A DNA stretch of 64,000 nt from an uncultured Verrucomicrobiae bacterium (GTDB taxonomy: Bacteria; Chlamydiota; Chlamydiia; Chlamydiales; Rhabdochlamydiaceae): assembly GCA_963806855.1 (NCBI GenBank), contig CAWDYW010000002.1, positions 145,294 to 209,293 of the forward strand, given 5' to 3'. Of this stretch, positions 28,580 through 39,400 are shown in pieces (within the stretch, counting starts at the first letter, position 1; each line of letters opens with the position of its first letter). The notes beneath the pieces are model-generated. The model ran no database searches. It was not told where the DNA came from and saw only the letters and a program-made list of their open reading frames with translations. Made by a program: the position numbers and the translations under genes.

Positions 28580-29718
28580 TTTTTATCCTGCGATGGCCCG
28601 CTCACCCACGTTTTCACTTCCACAGCTTTTCCGGGGCTTACCTTATTGACCCCGTCGACCACCACCACATCACCCTCTTTAAGCCCCTTCTGGATGATCC
28701 AATAATCCTTGTACCAATCGCCCGCAGTCACCGGCCTCGACTCGACCTTATCCTCATTGACCACATAGACGAAATTGCCCTTAGGCCCCTGCATGACCGA
28801 AGCCTGTGGCACCACAATCGCATTAGGCCGCACCGCCCCCTTCACGATCACCCGCGCAAACTGCCCAGGCCTCAGCCAAGCCTCAGGATTGGCAAAAATC
28901 GTCCGGATCAGCATCGTCCCTGTCGGCTGATCGATAGCTGGATTGGTGAAGTCGACCGTCCCTTCCGTCGGAAAGACCGTATTATCGCTTAAGATCACCT
29001 CGATTTTGTAGTTGTTGTTCTCAGGATAAACCAGCTGGTGACTCTCGTTTTCCTTGCGCATCTTTAGAATATCGCCGTCGGGCACATTGATATTGACCCA
29101 GATTGGATCGATCACATAGATCGTCGTCATCAAATCGCTAAAGAAGCCGGCCCGGATCAAGGCACCCTCCCTGAAGGTTGCCTTGCTGGCATAACCTGTT
29201 ACCGGAGCGATAATCGATGCAAACTCCAATTGGATTTGGGCCGCATCGACATTGCCCTGAGCCGTATAGACCTGCCCTAATGCCTCCTGTTCCCCAGCGA
29301 TGGCCGCATCGAGTTCCCTTTCACTTAACGCATTTTGCTCATAAAGGGGGACCGTTCGCTCCCTCGTCTGGACCGAATTCCACAGAGTCGCATCCGCGGT
29401 CGCCAGTTGACCCACATTGCTATCCAGTGCAGCGATGAAAGGGCGCCGATCCAAGACAAACATCAGATCGCCCACCTTGACCAGCCCCCCTTCCTTATAC
29501 GTAATTTGGTCCAGATACCCTTGAACCTGGGCCCGCAATTCGACAATATGGGAGCTCTCAGCCACCCCGACATACTCGAAGTCAGCCGGAATCGTCTGCG
29601 GCTCAATCTTAATAGCAGAAATGGGCAATGGGGGAGGTGCGGCAGGTTTTTTATGACTGCAAGAAAAGCAGAATAGAAACAAAAAAGAATAAAGAATCAA
29701 TCTAAATGAATCTGCCAT
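28576..29718 (-). CDS. RND efflux membrane fusion protein (AcrA family)
   Basis: Lipoprotein signal, lipoyl-like halves, LRPGQF motif; operon context. Confidence 0.92.
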   Translation of the reverse strand: MADSFRLILYSFLFLFCFSCSHKKPAAPPPLPISAIKIEPQTIPADFEYVGVAESSHIVELRAQVQGYLDQITYKEGGLVKVGDLMFVLDRRPFIAALDSNVGQLATADATLWNSVQTRERTVPLYEQNALSERELDAAIAGEQEALGQVYTAQGNVDAAQIQLEFASIIAPVTGYASKATFREGALIRAGFFSDLMTTIYVIDPIWVNINVPDGDILKMRKENESHQLVYPENNNYKIEVILSDNTVFPTEGTVDFTNPAIDQPTGTMLIRTIFANPEAWLRPGQFARVIVKGAVRPNAIVVPQASVMQGPKGNFVYVVNEDKVESRPVTAGDWYKDYWIIQKGLKEGDVVVVDGVNKVSPGKAVEVKTWVSGPSQDKK

Positions 29719-29772
29719 TACTACTATTACCCTTATTCGGGTAATAGCAGCATGGCAGCATTAGGTCAACGA

Positions 29773-31077
29773 TTAAATTATGCTGAACATTCTCAAGGCG
29801 AGAAGGGTACAAGAGGGTATTACGACTGAAGCAATCGCTGCTTTGTGCTTTTTCGCATATCTATATGTCTTATAAGCAGCCTTATTAACAAAATTAGGCA
29901 TTATTCTGCTGGGCGACTTGGCTATTGCCATCGCACCATTCAAGCCCCACTGAACCCAACCAGGTTTAGTAGTAGGATTCTTAAGAAGCTCAAGTCGTTT
30001 AATCGTTTCTGTCAGGGAGTTCCAGATCTTTTCCTTTCCATCGGCAGTTGAAGCACTATGAAACATATCGATCCTCATCGCTTCAAGATTCTCGATCATT
30101 GCATCAATATCAGCCTGAGGGACATCATCAAAATCTATGTCCTTAAGCTGCTCTGCACCACGAATCATCTTTTTCTCTAGGGAAATTCGTGAGCGGGCGT
30201 TGTCCTCTAACCGAAGCGATTCCCCGTGTTTCTGGCGACCAATGAATTTAAGCTCCTTCTTTCTGAGAAGTTTTGGGTCAGCAAGGAATTTTAACATCTC
30301 TTCTTCAGAGATATCCCCGGTTGTTTTCTTAAAATTCACATAATTTAGAGTGCCAGCGGCCTTTTTTTCTTTAGAACTTTTATCTTCCTTTTCCAATTCT
30401 GCTTTGGATGGCAACTCTCCAACGGTTGCAGGCATTGCATGCCTAGCGTCAGACCAATCTACAACTCCTAACGTACTTCTCATAGTTGGAAAGTCTATAA
30501 TAGCATTCCAGGCATGAGAAGCTCGTCGCCCCAAACTAGCAGGGGTCGCTGTCCATTTACCAATGCTACCATTGCCATCTTGGTCAAGTGCAATTTTATC
30601 TAAATTAACTTTTATTCCATATTTTACAATTGTAATTGGGTTGCCTTCAAATGTGATTTCTCCATTAACATTTATTTTCCCTTCTATTACCTTTTCACAA
30701 TTTACTGTTGCGCCTACAGCCGCTAGGAATCCTTTTTTCTCCCCATTTTTTGTTTTTAAATTTCCAACCTTACCCTGTAATTTGGAAGGAAGTGTGACTG
30801 TAAATTCTATATTGCCATCGGCAGTGCGCCTAATTTCCAGGGCAGAATCAGCAGGGAGGTCAGAATCCTCTCTTAAAGAGTTAAATAAGCCTCTCAGTCC
30901 GGCCTCGAAATTGTCCATCTTTCGTGCGTGAATATTTTGAGATGCAACGTTTTGAACATTTTGGGCACCTTGCGCTGCATTGTTATTGTTGGGTTGAAGT
31001 GGACCTGGTTGACCATTATTGGCTGCCCCTAAGTCTTCGAATTGGGGACCTTGACCTGCTTGAACTGCATTAAACAT
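29773..31077 (-). CDS. Hypothetical effector-like protein with C-terminal hydrophobic anchor
   Basis: GGAGG RBS before ATG at 31077; N/Q-rich N-terminus; domain shared with 33323-33850. Confidence 0.75.
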   Translation of the reverse strand: MFNAVQAGQGPQFEDLGAANNGQPGPLQPNNNNAAQGAQNVQNVASQNIHARKMDNFEAGLRGLFNSLREDSDLPADSALEIRRTADGNIEFTVTLPSKLQGKVGNLKTKNGEKKGFLAAVGATVNCEKVIEGKINVNGEITFEGNPITIVKYGIKVNLDKIALDQDGNGSIGKWTATPASLGRRASHAWNAIIDFPTMRSTLGVVDWSDARHAMPATVGELPSKAELEKEDKSSKEKKAAGTLNYVNFKKTTGDISEEEMLKFLADPKLLRKKELKFIGRQKHGESLRLEDNARSRISLEKKMIRGAEQLKDIDFDDVPQADIDAMIENLEAMRIDMFHSASTADGKEKIWNSLTETIKRLELLKNPTTKPGWVQWGLNGAMAIAKSPSRIMPNFVNKAAYKTYRYAKKHKAAIASVVIPSCTLLALRMFSII

Positions 31078-31253
31078 ATTGTATCCTCCTGGATTGTTTT
31101 TATTATAATCCAATTATAACAAAATATTAATTATCTGTAAACAAAAATTTAATACGATCTAAATATAATTTAAACTAAAGATGTAATGGTCTGACTATAA
31201 GGTAGTTGAGGTTTTTATAGGTAGAAAGGGCTAAGCGGGAGCAGGATAGATGC

Positions 31254-33236
31254 TTATTCCCATTTGATTGCAGAAAATGTTGCTTTCAGAGCTTCTTGAG
31301 AATAAGTTATACTCATTTTAGAAGGCGTCCAGAACTTTTTATAATCGATATTAAAAGTGAAGGAGCCGTCCTGATTGCAGATGATATCGGTTAAATGACC
31401 GCTAAAGATTTTATAATTTGTTGCCGTTAGCTGGCCGCTTTCCATGGTAAGTTTCATATTTACAAAGTCAGGTGTAAAACAATTCTGTTCAGCAGGAAAA
31501 GTCATTGTCCCACCAGAAGCCCATGTTTCTCCGGGTTTAGCTATTTCTCCAAATGTTCCATTTTTCTTCTCTAAATTTAAAAGATACAAGCTGCCTGCTG
31601 CTTTCCCCTCGCCGCCTAAGAGATTTGCAAGCGTTATAAATGAAGTTTGAAGTTTGAGCTGATTTAATTCATCACTTTTATCCCTTAAGTTATCTAATTT
31701 TTGACCTTCTGGCTTTAAGATAAAAGGAAAGTCGGTTCTAATCATCACTACAATCCGCTTTAATGCATGTAAATTAAAGTCATACATATTTGTTTCGTTT
31801 ATCTCCAGGTTGAACAACTTTTCCATTACGCCAACAATTTCGCTTTGTTGCATTTCTTCAGATTGATCCAGAGATATAACTTTTTTCTCATCTTTCTTTT
31901 TCTTACATTCTAGTTGCGCGATATCACTTCGAATTGATTCCAAGGCGGCTTTTCTAATTATTTGATCCATTAATGATCGGATTTGCAATTTTGAATCATC
32001 ATTATCTACATTTGCGGTCATCGCTTCTTTTAATGTTCTTAATTGATTTCTTAAAGCAGCGAAGTTGATCTTTTTATTTGTAGGATCGATGTTCAAGTTG
32101 GCGAGTTTTTTTGCAGCTTCCATTATCTTTGCTTCATTTTGACCATTTGGCTGACCTTGAATGAGAACTTTCTTGTCATTTAAAAAGTTAAGATTGTTTA
32201 TATCTGAGAGCTCTTCTAAAAATTTAGGTTTCCCAAGTTCTATTAAGAAGTTTTCAACATTAAAAATCATCGGAGGTGCTGAATTTGCCTTTTTAATTGG
32301 AGGAGGGGGACTTTTGCTGACAACTTGCTGCTTACTTGTAGGCTCGGCTTTCTTTACTATAGCTTCTTTCGGGCTATCCTTTTTAGGTTCTGTAGCAAGC
32401 GGTGTTGAAGATCGTTCTAAATGATTTTTCCAGCAGACAATTTTAAAGATCGTTTGATCCATGAGGGTTTCAATGTATGTTCGAGTGTCTTCTTCTATAG
32501 CATTTTCTAACGCTTCAGTTTTAATTGCTTCTAAGTTAGTTTTAACATTGCCGAGATTGATCTTTTTTTTATTAATATTAACTTCCTCAATCTTAAGGCT
32601 GGCTAATCTTTCTACCATTTCTACTGTGCGAATTGATCTAGGATCCAACGACTTGAGTGCATCTCGAGGATTTATCCCTTGCCCCTCTACAACAATATTT
32701 CCATTTAAAGGATCGGGGGATGAGAGTTTCTGTAGGAAATTGTCTTTGTTTAATAGGATTTCGGCTTTGGGTACTGAAGTTTTTTCGGAGGCCTGGTCAA
32801 CTTTTACGGGTTCTGGTTCTTTCTTAGATAAGCCCTCAGCGGAAGTGACGCATTTTTTATGTTCGGGTCCTAGTGTAAAGAAAACAGTCTCTTCGGGGGC
32901 ATTTGCCGTCGATCCAATGTTTAATAGGATTTCGGCTTTGGGTTCTGCAGTTTTTTCTGGAGCGGCGGGTTTTGGGGCTTCGGCGTTTGGTGCTGGAGGC
33001 TTTGCGGGAACGACGGCGTCTTTTTTAGGTTTTTCTTCATTTGCCTTCGATCCAAATATGGAATCCCAAAGAGCTGAAGCAAGTTCTGCAAGGAGGACGA
33101 ATCCATACGCGATGCCTAAGACGATCACTGTGACGCTGCGCCCATTTAGAATGCTAGGTTTCTGTTTGGGCGCAGCAGCATCTGGGTTGAGAACTTTTAA
33201 AGAGGTAGTTAATACAATATTTGAGAATATATCCAT
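31254..33236 (-). CDS. Hypothetical effector-like protein with internal repeats
   Basis: 660-aa AT-rich ORF; repeated PKAEILLN and LMDQxIxK blocks. Confidence 0.8.
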   Translation of the reverse strand: MDIFSNIVLTTSLKVLNPDAAAPKQKPSILNGRSVTVIVLGIAYGFVLLAELASALWDSIFGSKANEEKPKKDAVVPAKPPAPNAEAPKPAAPEKTAEPKAEILLNIGSTANAPEETVFFTLGPEHKKCVTSAEGLSKKEPEPVKVDQASEKTSVPKAEILLNKDNFLQKLSSPDPLNGNIVVEGQGINPRDALKSLDPRSIRTVEMVERLASLKIEEVNINKKKINLGNVKTNLEAIKTEALENAIEEDTRTYIETLMDQTIFKIVCWKNHLERSSTPLATEPKKDSPKEAIVKKAEPTSKQQVVSKSPPPPIKKANSAPPMIFNVENFLIELGKPKFLEELSDINNLNFLNDKKVLIQGQPNGQNEAKIMEAAKKLANLNIDPTNKKINFAALRNQLRTLKEAMTANVDNDDSKLQIRSLMDQIIRKAALESIRSDIAQLECKKKKDEKKVISLDQSEEMQQSEIVGVMEKLFNLEINETNMYDFNLHALKRIVVMIRTDFPFILKPEGQKLDNLRDKSDELNQLKLQTSFITLANLLGGEGKAAGSLYLLNLEKKNGTFGEIAKPGETWASGGTMTFPAEQNCFTPDFVNMKLTMESGQLTATNYKIFSGHLTDIICNQDGSFTFNIDYKKFWTPSKMSITYSQEALKATFSAIKWE

Positions 33237-33322
33237 AGTCTTAATTATATATTAACAAATATCAATTAAAATTACAATATAATATTAAAAATATTTTATA
33301 ATTACAGATAATTGATTAAGAA

Positions 33323-33850
33323 TTACTTAGACTTAACTTCCTCTTTACGCCAAGCTTTGATGGTGGCCTCAACTTCTTCTTTGGTATAAGTCATTGATGC
33401 TGTGCCAAGTAGGCAAGATCCTTCCACCTCTAACCGCTTGCTATTCAAGACGATACGAGTCATTGAAATGTTTGGGATTATGATCCCCATATCGAGGACG
33501 ATTTGGTCCTTTTCGAAAAATGCCTCATTCGTATCAAAATCAATTTTTCCCTTTAGCGCTTTTTGAATAGCCAAGGTAGCGCCCGCAGCCTGTTGGATCC
33601 CTTCGGCGCTCAACTTTTTATCGATTTTGCCCTTCAAGGCCGAGGTCAATGTAATGGTGAATTCTCCAGTCTCTAAATTCAGGTCTAAGTTTAGGGGGTT
33701 GAAGTGTTGGACTATGGCCAATAAACGGGTCTTAACTGTCTCCTTTTTCCAGGCCTCTATCTCTTCTGAAGAGAAATCTCTACATGATTTCTTTGGTACC
33801 GCTGCTGGCTGATTTACGTTAATTTCGTTAGTTGTTGCTTTTATACTCAT
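33323..33850 (-). CDS. Hypothetical protein
   Basis: AAAGGAG RBS; similar to parts of both neighbouring ORFs. Confidence 0.75.
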   Translation of the reverse strand: MSIKATTNEINVNQPAAVPKKSCRDFSSEEIEAWKKETVKTRLLAIVQHFNPLNLDLNLETGEFTITLTSALKGKIDKKLSAEGIQQAAGATLAIQKALKGKIDFDTNEAFFEKDQIVLDMGIIIPNISMTRIVLNSKRLEVEGSCLLGTASMTYTKEEVEATIKAWRKEEVKSK

Positions 33851-33969
33851 ATTATTACTCCTTTATAATTAATTATAATTAAAAATTATATTAAATTTCA
33901 ATTAAAATTTAATGGTTGATTTTGGAGTTAAATTTGTTCTATGATTTCTGACTTTTAGAGGAGAGGGCG

Positions 33970-34362
33970 ATGAAGCTAGGATATGTAATCATTTACGTTC
34001 AAGATGTTGCGAAGACTATTGAGTTTTACGAGAGGGCCTTTGGTCTGAAGGTGCGGTTTGTCCATGAGAGCGGCGCTTATGCTGAAATGGAGACCGGCCA
34101 GACTGCTCTGGCCTTCGCTTCCGAGGTCATGATCCAGGGCTCTCACCCTTTCCGGCCGAATCGGATTGCTGAGGAGCCGCCGGGGGTAGAGATCTGTTTG
34201 GTTGCCGAGGATGTGAAAGGGCAATTCGAGAGGGCTCTCAAGGCGGGGGCGATTTCAGTGACTAAGCCCGAGCAAAAGCCATGGGGGCAGGTGGTATCCT
34301 ACGTGAGGGACAATAATGGCTGTCTGGTTGAGATCTGTAGCCCTATGGCCGTGGCAGATTAG
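33970..34362 (+). CDS. VOC/glyoxalase family protein
   Basis: FYERAFG and KPWGQVVSYVRDNNGCLVEI motifs. Confidence 0.9.
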   Translation: MKLGYVIIYVQDVAKTIEFYERAFGLKVRFVHESGAYAEMETGQTALAFASEVMIQGSHPFRPNRIAEEPPGVEICLVAEDVKGQFERALKAGAISVTKPEQKPWGQVVSYVRDNNGCLVEICSPMAVAD

Positions 34363-34364
34363 AT

Positions 34365-34404
34365 AAAAAAAGAGACCGCTGATTAGGGCGGTCTCTTTGT
34401 TTTT
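34365..34404. terminator. Bidirectional intrinsic terminator
   Basis: aaagagaccgc/gcggtctcttt hairpin with A and T tails. Confidence 0.75.
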
Positions 34405-34427
34405 AACATATTGATATTTAAGGTGAT

Positions 34428-35372
34428 TTAAGTGTTCTCCCCTTGAGCTTGTTTGAGGTTGAACTCGGTCATCACAGGGCGATGATCTGAGGCGTTGGAA
34501 GGGATATTGTCTGCGTCCAAGCCAAAGCTTAAGAGAACGCTAGTTAATTCAGCTTGAATGAGGGGTGGTTTCTTAGTTAACCAACCAAGCAATCCTTGTT
34601 GGCGGGGCGTGCCATCTCTAGAAAAAATGAAGTCGAGTTCTCGTTCACGATAGCTGCCCTTCGGATAGACTTCAGTCGTCTCACGTGTACGGTGGGTTTG
34701 GAAGCCTGCGTTTTCTAATTTTTTAAATCGATGCTCCCATTGCTGTTGGGGGGTCCTATTTTGATCCAATTTTTCAGGATTCGCATTCATATCGGCGCCG
34801 AAGACTTGAACTTTTACTTGGTGCTGCTCGGCTAATTGATCCATCTTGGTGATCACACCTTGAACATAACGATCGCCTGTCTCAGCATCTTGTTGGTCAA
34901 CTCTGTTTTCCTCTAAAGAGCAACCAGGAACGTGGCCTGTAGCAAACATGACTCTTTGTTTAGTGCGGCTGTCTTTGGCGATGACAATTGGGGTATCGCC
35001 ACCATCGATGATTTGGGAGCAATTGACGATATCTTGAAATCGATCTTTTCTAATGAGAATCGCGCAATCATTAATGTAAGCTGGTCTTTTTGCTTTGTCT
35101 TTAGTTTTTGTGACGTTTAGGAGTTTAAAACCCTCGCTTTTAAGAGCTTTAAGAAGGGGTCTGTCCTTTTCAAATACCTCCTGTAGCATGATCACATCGA
35201 CTTGTCCGCGGGAAGTTAGGTCCTTGAAAACGGCCGCGGTTTTATGTTGTGAAATTGCATATTCCTCTTCAGTAGGTTCAATGTTGTTGTGGCGGCATAC
35301 AAAAGAGTAATCATTCTGACCACCACCCATATTATATGTGACTACGTTTAGATTTGAGTTATTATTTAGCAT
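34428..35372 (-). CDS. Endonuclease/exonuclease/phosphatase (EEP) family protein
   Basis: TYN, LQEV, GADMN, LDFIF and SDHRPV motifs. Confidence 0.88.
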   Translation of the reverse strand: MLNNNSNLNVVTYNMGGGQNDYSFVCRHNNIEPTEEEYAISQHKTAAVFKDLTSRGQVDVIMLQEVFEKDRPLLKALKSEGFKLLNVTKTKDKAKRPAYINDCAILIRKDRFQDIVNCSQIIDGGDTPIVIAKDSRTKQRVMFATGHVPGCSLEENRVDQQDAETGDRYVQGVITKMDQLAEQHQVKVQVFGADMNANPEKLDQNRTPQQQWEHRFKKLENAGFQTHRTRETTEVYPKGSYRERELDFIFSRDGTPRQQGLLGWLTKKPPLIQAELTSVLLSFGLDADNIPSNASDHRPVMTEFNLKQAQGENT

Positions 35373-35463
35373 ATTACTTCTCCATATTATTGTGTTTATG
35401 TAAAAATAATTATACTATATAATTAATTTTTTGTAAAGTAATTAATTATGAGTTTATTTTATA

Positions 35464-35540
35464 TTAAATAGAGCTTTTTTCAAAAACTTGGACGTATAGG
35501 ACTTAGGATGCTTGGCGATTTCTTCACCGCGGCTTCCTGT
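35464..35540 (-). pseudogene. Relic of a divergent uvrA 3' end
   Basis: Encodes GSRGEEIAKHPKSYTSKFLK versus uvrA GSRGGEI...[16 protein letters not shown]. Confidence 0.75.
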
Positions 35541-36033
35541 TCCTTTAAAATATTAAATACATGGCTAGGTTATAGATCCCATATGCTGCTGCCAACACGC
35601 CCGCGGCTTTAATTGCATTGGAAATTGGCGAACTGATCGGATTCACCGGCTGACTGAGAAGGTCTATTTCACGTTTTTTAATTTAACTCATCTTGCTTCT
35701 GTTGCTCAAGTGAAGCGAAATCATATTGTTGCAAAGGATATCGCTTAGAAGGACATCGCTGCACAGTATTTTGATCAGGCCCCTTTCTCTCAGCCTCAAT
35801 GTGGGCTCCCTTGGGGTTAAAAAAGTTTAGTAATCCTTGAATGCTCATTATTTGCTCCTTCTTAAATTATTAATTTTAATTATAGAAAATAATTTATTAT
35901 TAATACAATATATTCTTTAATTTTTAATAGCCAGTAACTTGCTATTTTAGTGTGATTATTTTGTTTAATTTAAATATTTATGTACGATATAATTAAATTT
36001 ATATTAACAATTCATTTTAACAAGGAGTAAATA

Positions 36034-36417
36034 ATGGCCAGTTTAAAAACATTTTTAGAAAAATCGTTTAGTTCATATGGAGTCACTGCAGCCGATCGGG
36101 CCTTTCTGATTAATGCTGCTGCTGATTCAAAGGGGACAAAAATTGGAAAAAATATTGGCAGATCGGCAACTTCTGTCCTATTGGCTATCGCCACATTTGT
36201 TGAATTTTTTGCTCTCACACTTCCTTTCGCTATTCTCGTTGGCGTCCCTTATTGGGTGGTTAAGGGAGGGTCGCCTGAAGTAGTGGCGAAGCGGTTGAAT
36301 TCAAATGACGTGGCTTTTGCAAATTCAATTCGTGGAATTTTCTGCTGTCGTCCGATGCATGCAGCGCCCCCAATCGGTGAAGCTATTCCATTAGTGCCTA
36401 GGGGACCTCAGCAGTGA
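36034..36417 (+). CDS. Hypothetical membrane protein
   Basis: AAGGAG RBS, long hydrophobic stretch. Confidence 0.7.
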   Translation: MASLKTFLEKSFSSYGVTAADRAFLINAAADSKGTKIGKNIGRSATSVLLAIATFVEFFALTLPFAILVGVPYWVVKGGSPEVVAKRLNSNDVAFANSIRGIFCCRPMHAAPPIGEAIPLVPRGPQQ

Positions 36418-36429
36418 TCTTAATCTTAC

Positions 36430-36472
36430 AATCCCTATCTCGTTTATCCTTCCTGACGAGATAGGGATTTTT
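36430..36472. terminator. Intrinsic terminator
   Basis: aatccctatctcgt/acgagatagggatt hairpin between convergent genes. Confidence 0.7.
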
Positions 36473-36474
36473 CT

Positions 36475-39400
36475 TTAAATTCGTTCTTTCAAATACTTGG
36501 CCGTATAAGACTTAGGATCCTTGACAACTTCTTCTGGGGTGCCTTGGCAGACGATTTCTCCACCACGGCTACCTGCTTCTGGGCCGAGGTCGATGATGTA
36601 GTCGGCATTGGCAATCACATCGAGGTTGTGTTCGATGATGATGACGGTATTGCCTCGTTCGACAAGGGAATGGAAAATTTTCAGTAAAGGGACGATGTCG
36701 GAGCTGTGCAGGCCAATCGTCGGTTCGTCGAAAAGATAGAGCGTCTTCCCTGTTGAGCGTTTAGAGAGCTCTCGAGCCAATCTTAAGCGTTGCGCCTCAC
36801 CGCCTGAGAGAGTGGCGATTTCTTGCCCCAGTTGCAAATACCCCAAGCCCACCGAAACCAAGGTCTCCAAAATCCGGACCGCTTTGGGGATGGGAACGAG
36901 CCATTGCAGGGTCTCTTCGACGTTCATTTCTAAGACTTGGCCGAGGTGTTTGCCTTTGGTCTTCACTTGGAGCGATTGGGGGTTGAGGCGGAAGCCGTTG
37001 CAGGCGTCGCAGAGGACTCGGATGGGTGGGAGGAACTGCATCTCGACTTTTCGCTTCCCGAGGCCCCAGCACTTCATGCACATCCCTTTGAGGTGGTTTG
37101 AGCTGAAGTTTTTGGGCTTCAGTCCGCGTGCTTTGGCTTCGGGGAGTTCGGCGAAAAACTGCCGTAGGGGAGCCGAGAGGTCTGTGTAGGTGTTGATGTC
37201 GGCACGGTTGGTGTGGCCGATCGGGTTTTGATCGATCACGAGCATTTTGTCGAAGGCTTTGACGCCGGTGATGTGTGCGCCAGCGTAGGTGATGCTCTCG
37301 GGTTGTTTTCTGGTAGCGAGGACTTGTTGCATCGCGGGGCGGAGCAGGTCATTGATCAAGGTCGATTTGCCCGATCCAGAGACGCCAGTGATACAGGTGA
37401 GGATGCCGACGGGCAAATCGACGGAGAGATTTTTCAGGTTGTGCAGGCGGGCATTTTCGATCCGGAGGGTGGTTTTGAAGGGGCGTCTTTTCTCGGGGAT
37501 GGGGACCTTTTTTTTGCCGCTCAGGTAGGCTCCGGTGAGCGAATTGGGGTTTTTCTTAATCTGCGCCAGGGTACCGCTTGCCATGATCTCTCCACCATGC
37601 TTTCCGGCAGAGGGGCCAAAGTCGATGATGTGGTCGGCGATTTCGATGGTCATCGGGTCATGTTCGACCATCAGGAGGGTGTTGCCTTGGTCGCACAGCT
37701 TTCGGAGGGAGTGATTGAGCAGGGCGTTGTTATGGGGATGGAGACCGATCGTCGGCTCATCTAAGACATAGAGACAGCCGGTTAGCCAACTTCCCAATTG
37801 GCGGGCCAATCGAATTCTTTGGGTCTCTCCGCCGCTCAAACTGGGGGCAGAGCGGTCGAGGGAGAGGTAGCCGAGGCCAATTTCATTGAGGAAATGGAGC
37901 CGGTGTTTCAGCTGAGATAGAGTCTCGTCGAGCAGGGGGTCTTTCAGTTCGATGTTGTCGATGAACTGCTCGGCCTCGCTGAGGGGCAAGGCACACAGGT
38001 CGGCGATGGAGAGTTTGCCGATCCGGACGTTGCGGGCGAGGGGATTGAGGCGGGTGCCATGGCAGGAGGGGCAGGTGATCTGTTCGACCCAGAAGGCGAG
38101 TTCTTCTTTCAGGTCGTTTGTTGCCGATTTGGCCAGTTTGGCGAAGATGGGGCCGAGGCCGATGAATTTGAGTGAGTACCCTTTTCTCTCGAGAGGGATG
38201 TCGGAGCCATTGAGGATGATCTGCAGCTTTTCGGAGGGGAGTTTTTCGAGGGGGCAGTCGGAGTCTACTCCTAAGTGCTCCATCATCTCTTCGAAGAGTC
38301 TTAGAGCGCTTCTGACTCCATAGTCTTTCCAGAGTTTTTTCATCAGGGCGTAGGGGCTCATCCGCATGATCAAGCGGTGCTTTTGCAGGTTGGCCCCAAA
38401 TTGGAAGCCGAGGCCTAAACAGTCCATGCACATCCCGTGGCCGGTGTTGAAGGAAAAGGTGTGCGGGGTGATCGGAGGGTAGGATTTGCCGGTGGTCGGG
38501 TCGGCGAAGGCGAGGTTGTAGAAGATATCTTGGTCGCCGTTTTGGACGATGAGGGTGTTGCCTGCGATTTTTGCGGCGGTATCGATCGCCTCGTAGATCC
38601 GCTTTTTCGATTTGACGGCAATCGTGAGCCGGTCGACGATCAGGAGTACTTGGTTTTTGCGCCGTTTATCGAAGGGGATTTCGACGTCGAGCTCGTAGAC
38701 TTGGCCGTTGAGTCTAATACGCAAAAAGCCTTCTCTCAAAAGACGCTCTTTGAGCTGCTCAAAGCCCTCTTTCAGATCGAGGGGAGCGAGGATTTGGATC
38801 TTGGTGCTTTCGGGCAGCTCCATCAGCTGATTGAGGACGAAGTCTTTGCTGATTGATCGGATTTCTTCGCCGGTTTCGGGACAGTAGGCGATGCCGAGGT
38901 GGGCAAAGAGGATCGCGCAGGTAGTCGTAGGCTTCGGTCATGGTGCCGATGGTGGTGCGGGGATTGCCGGCGTGGCTTTTTTGTTCGATGGCAATCGCGG
39001 CGAGAGAGCCCTTCGATCGCTTCGACTTTGGGCTTGGGCATCTGTTTGACAAATTGGCGCGCATAGGCGGACAGCGACTCGATATAGCGCCGCTGCCCTT
39101 CGGCGTAGACGGTTTCGAAGGCAAACGAGATTTTGCCCGAGCCGGAGGGGCCGGTGCAGAGGGTGATTTTGCCGCGGGGGATGTGAGCGTTGACTGCTTT
39201 AAGGTTGTTTTGCTCTGCTCTCTCGATTTCGATGATGTCTCGTGACGGACGGTGCTTTTTTCTTGGCCGTTTGGCGACGGTGAGCGGTCTGAAGATTGAG
39301 GGCAGCGTATCAGGCCTTTCCTGTTGGGGTCTTCAGTTTGGCGATCTTCTCGGGCGTGCCCGGTTGCGACGATCTCTCCCCCGCCTTTTCCGCCCTCGGG

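Noticed and set aside
8999..28705. Many antisense and alternate-frame ORFs over valS, pknD, trpS and the RND genes
   Set aside because: Shadow ORFs of GC-rich coding sequence with no recognisable motifs
32461..33255. 264-aa plus-strand ORF
   Set aside because: Antisense shadow of the 660-aa minus-strand gene
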